Source: Podarcis muralis (lineage: Eukaryota). Taken from it: 64,000 nt of DNA. This document shows positions 61,359 through 64,000 of this stretch, in pieces; position 1 is the stretch's first letter, and each line of letters opens with the position of its first letter. Below the pieces are notes generated by a model. The model made no database searches, had not been told where the DNA came from, and saw only the letters and a list, made by a program, of their open reading frames with translations. The translations under genes and the position numbers were made by a program. The DNA is taken from positions 27,838,001 through 27,902,000 of the forward strand of contig NC_135655.1 in assembly GCF_964188315.1 (NCBI RefSeq), in the 5' to 3' direction.

Positions 61359-62088
61359 TGATGGTCAGCCTCCTAGAAGGACCAGCTGCTGGTGCAATTC
61401 CTATTGCAAGTGGTTGTCTATGCAGTCACCCATCCCACCTACCATCCATACCAGAGATGAAGATTTCTTTTTATGCTGCCCTGGTACACACACTGATGGG
61501 AGGCTAATAGTGCTTCATACTACGGCTTTTAATTTTTATTATTCTTGTGTAATCGTCCCTCCTTCTCTATGCAATTTCTTCTTCTTTCCTCATGTTTTCT
61601 CATAAAAAGTGTGCAGAAAGAGAAAATGATGGTAAGACAATTGGCCAGGCATGCCGTTCCACCAGGGCACAACAATTGAAAACCAAAGGAATGTATGCAA
61701 ACAGTTCTCCACATGACAAAACGTGCCTTGACATGTACCACTTCAAGCTGCAAGAGTAGACAATGCACAGTCAAATTCCCAGCAATAAAGGGTGGGGGGA
61801 AATCCCCACTCATAGCAAACTAGGGTATCAGGAAGAAGGCTACAGTTGTGCACTTGACTTCTTTCTGACTTTCTGACTTTCCAAGTTTTCAATGTATGTG
61901 CAGGGAGGTCTGCTGGTTTGATTTTAATAGATGGGAGAACATTCACTACCTGCAGTCCCAAGTAGTAATGGCCAGGAATATTTTATGCTCTCTGCCTCAA
62001 GAAAGGTGTTTTGTTTTTTAGTCTAGGGCTCTCTCAAGGATTCTGTGCTGTTGGTCTCAAGCCTGCGTTTGTGGCCAGACAGAAGCAG

Positions 62089-62426
62089 CATACCCTCCAA
62101 CATTTCTCCAATGAAAATAGGGACGTCCCAGTCCATAATGATAATTTTACTATTTATACTCCACACATCTTACTGGGTTGCCCCAGTCACTCTGGACAGC
62201 TTCCAACATATTAAAAACAACAAAATTAAACATTTAAAAAAACTTCCCTATGGATTATTGCTTTCAGACAGCTTTGGAGTCAGATAACTCCATACCTTCC
62301 GACAATTATTCAGTGAAAATAGGGACATCCTAAGGAAAACGGAACATTCCAGGATCAAATCAGAAACTGGGACGGCTTCTCTAAATCAGGGTTGTCCCTG
62401 GAAAATAGGAATACTTGGAAGGTCTG
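62089..62426 (+). mobile_element. Composite TIR element carrying an L2-like tail
   Basis: CATACCCTCCAAC left end, L2-like segment, second left end CATACCTTCCGAC, right end ACTTGGAAGGTCTG. Confidence 0.7.
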
Positions 62427-62448
62427 AAGCAATTGACAGACCAATTTA

Positions 62449-62679
62449 GAGTGGTACCTCGGGTTACATATGCTTTAGGTTACATACGCTTCAGGTTACA
62501 GACTCCGCTAAACCAGAAATATTACCTCAGGTTAAGAACTTTGCTTCAGGATGAGAACAGAAATCATGCTCCGGCAGTAGGAGGCCCCATTAGCTAAAGT
62601 GGTGCTTCAGGTTAAGAACAGTTTCAGGTTAAGAACTGACCTCCGGAACGAATTAAGTACTTAGCCTGAGGTACCACTG
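62449..62679. mobile_element. Tigger-like MITE (CAGTGGTACCTC family)
   Basis: GAGTGGTACCTCGGGTTA / CCTGAGGTACCACTG; TA TSD. Confidence 0.93.
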
Positions 62680-62752
62680 TATTGGATGTAAATGTAATAG
62701 TGATTTTACTTGGAAGTAACTAATAGTTAAAATAAGAAACTATATCCTAAGG

Positions 62753-62843
62753 CACTACAACTCCCATCAGCCTCAGCCAGCACATTGCTGAGGCTGATGG
62801 GAGTTGTAGTCCAAAAATATGGAGAGCACCAAGGTTGGGAAGG
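62753..62843. mobile_element. Palindromic MITE fragment (ACTACAACTCCCATC family)
   Basis: ACTACAACTCCCATCAGCCTCAGC / GCTGAGGCTGATGGGAGTTGTAGT inverted arms. Confidence 0.75.
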
Positions 62844-63512
62844 CTAGCCAAAGAAACCGAGGCTGGGTGTCAACTTGTAGCGGAATGGAAGAGGAATCAG
62901 GTAAACTGGTAGAATAGACTACAATTTTTTAGTCTTGAAGGTGGAAGCTACCATTTTTAAAGCTCCCAGTAAGAAAACCCTCTGCAAGTAAAAAACCAAG
63001 CCTGGGAGAGAGCAAGAGTGTGCAGGCTTTCTATTTGCAGGGGAAGAGGGTTTGTGTTTTTTTAATGTAGGGGCATGTCTGAAGTCATGGAATCTGTTCT
63101 ACTTCCTTGGCCTTCTAGCACCTCCTTCTGTGCAGACGAAGCCAAGGGACTTGGGAGCCTCAACTCTTGGCCTGCTTCTGAGTGCACCACAGAATAGCCT
63201 TCCTCATTCCATTTAAAAATAAAAATAAAAAGTAGCCAGCGACTTCCTTTACCAGAATCAAATAATAATAATTATTCCACTAAAGGGCAGAGGCTTTTCT
63301 TTGAGGGAATGTGTAATACTAGCTGGGTAAGGAGACGTAAAGCAAACATGTTGGTCGGACCTCACTAGCAGAAAAGGAAAACAAACGTTCTTGAGGGTTT
63401 GCTCATTTTGATTATTGATAGGAACTGTCAAGCAGAAGCTCTCAACAAGCTGCTCATATTGTCTATACAATTATTTTACTTTGCCTGAAGGGCAGCTCAT
63501 TTATTCATCCAT

Positions 63513-63548
63513 TGTGTGTGTGTGTGTACACACACACACACACACACA
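63513..63548. repeat. (TG)n(AC)n palindromic microsatellite
   Basis: Direct reading; symmetric about GTAC. Confidence 0.95.
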
Positions 63549-63693
63549 TTTTTGTTATCAGGCAAGAGACTTGTTCAACTCTAAACATTTAAAGATGCTC
63601 GAGGAAAAGAAAACTTCACAGCTACACAGTGAAGTAAGAATGTTTCTTCAAGGTCATGCTTGCTCACATTTAGGGCCTAACTAGATGTAAAGT

Positions 63694-64000
63694 GGGACGC
63701 GGGTGGCGCTGTGGGTAAAAGCCTCAGCGCCTAGGGCTTGCCGATCGAAAGGTTGGCGGTTCGAATCCCCACGGCGGGGTGCGCTCCCGTCGTTCGGTCC
63801 CAGCGCCTGCCAACCTAGCAGTTCGAAAGCACCCCCGGGTGCAAGTAGATAAATAGGGACCGCTTACCAGCGGGAAGGTAAACGGCGTTTCCGTGTGCGG
63901 CTCTGGCTCGCCAGAGCAGCAATGTCACGCTGGCCACGTGACCCGGAAGTGTCTGCGGACAGCGCTGGCCCCCGGCCTCTTGAGTGAAATGGGCGCACAA
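63694..64000 (+). mobile_element. Sauria SINE (subtype A), runs off the window end
   Basis: GGGACGCGGGTGGCGCTGTGGG head; CpG-rich body like 17395 and 24797. Confidence 0.96.

Noticed and set aside
1-64000. Scan from memory for conserved vertebrate miRNAs, snRNAs, telomeric arrays and CpG islands
   Set aside because: None recognised; only a database search (miRBase/Rfam) could exclude them.

Overview
Repeat-rich vertebrate DNA from a squamate reptile. Twelve Sauria SINEs point to a squamate; a lacertid lizard such as Podarcis/Lacerta is my inference. No protein-coding exon of a cellular gene, CpG island, rRNA/tRNA gene or CRISPR array could be supported, so the window looks intronic or intergenic. 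Most ORF-track entries are translations of repeats. Recognisable content: Sauria SINEs of three subtypes (many with TSDs), other tRNA/CORE SINEs, RTE/CR1/L2 LINE fragments, hAT MITEs (8-bp TSDs), Tc1/mariner-pogo MITEs (TA TSDs), microsatellites, and several TE-poor, CpG-retaining stretches that may be conserved regulatory elements. Best leads: (1) a 777-bp solo LTR almost filled by one ORF; (2) a non-autonomous RTE derivative whose 5' end resembles a decayed HDV-like ribozyme; (3) a DNA-transposon composite carrying a LINE tail, present twice; (4) one SINE hosting two different LINE 3' ends; (5) a MEF2 site beside a 22-bp NFAT/E-box palindrome. Family names come from recall and by-eye alignment, not database searches.
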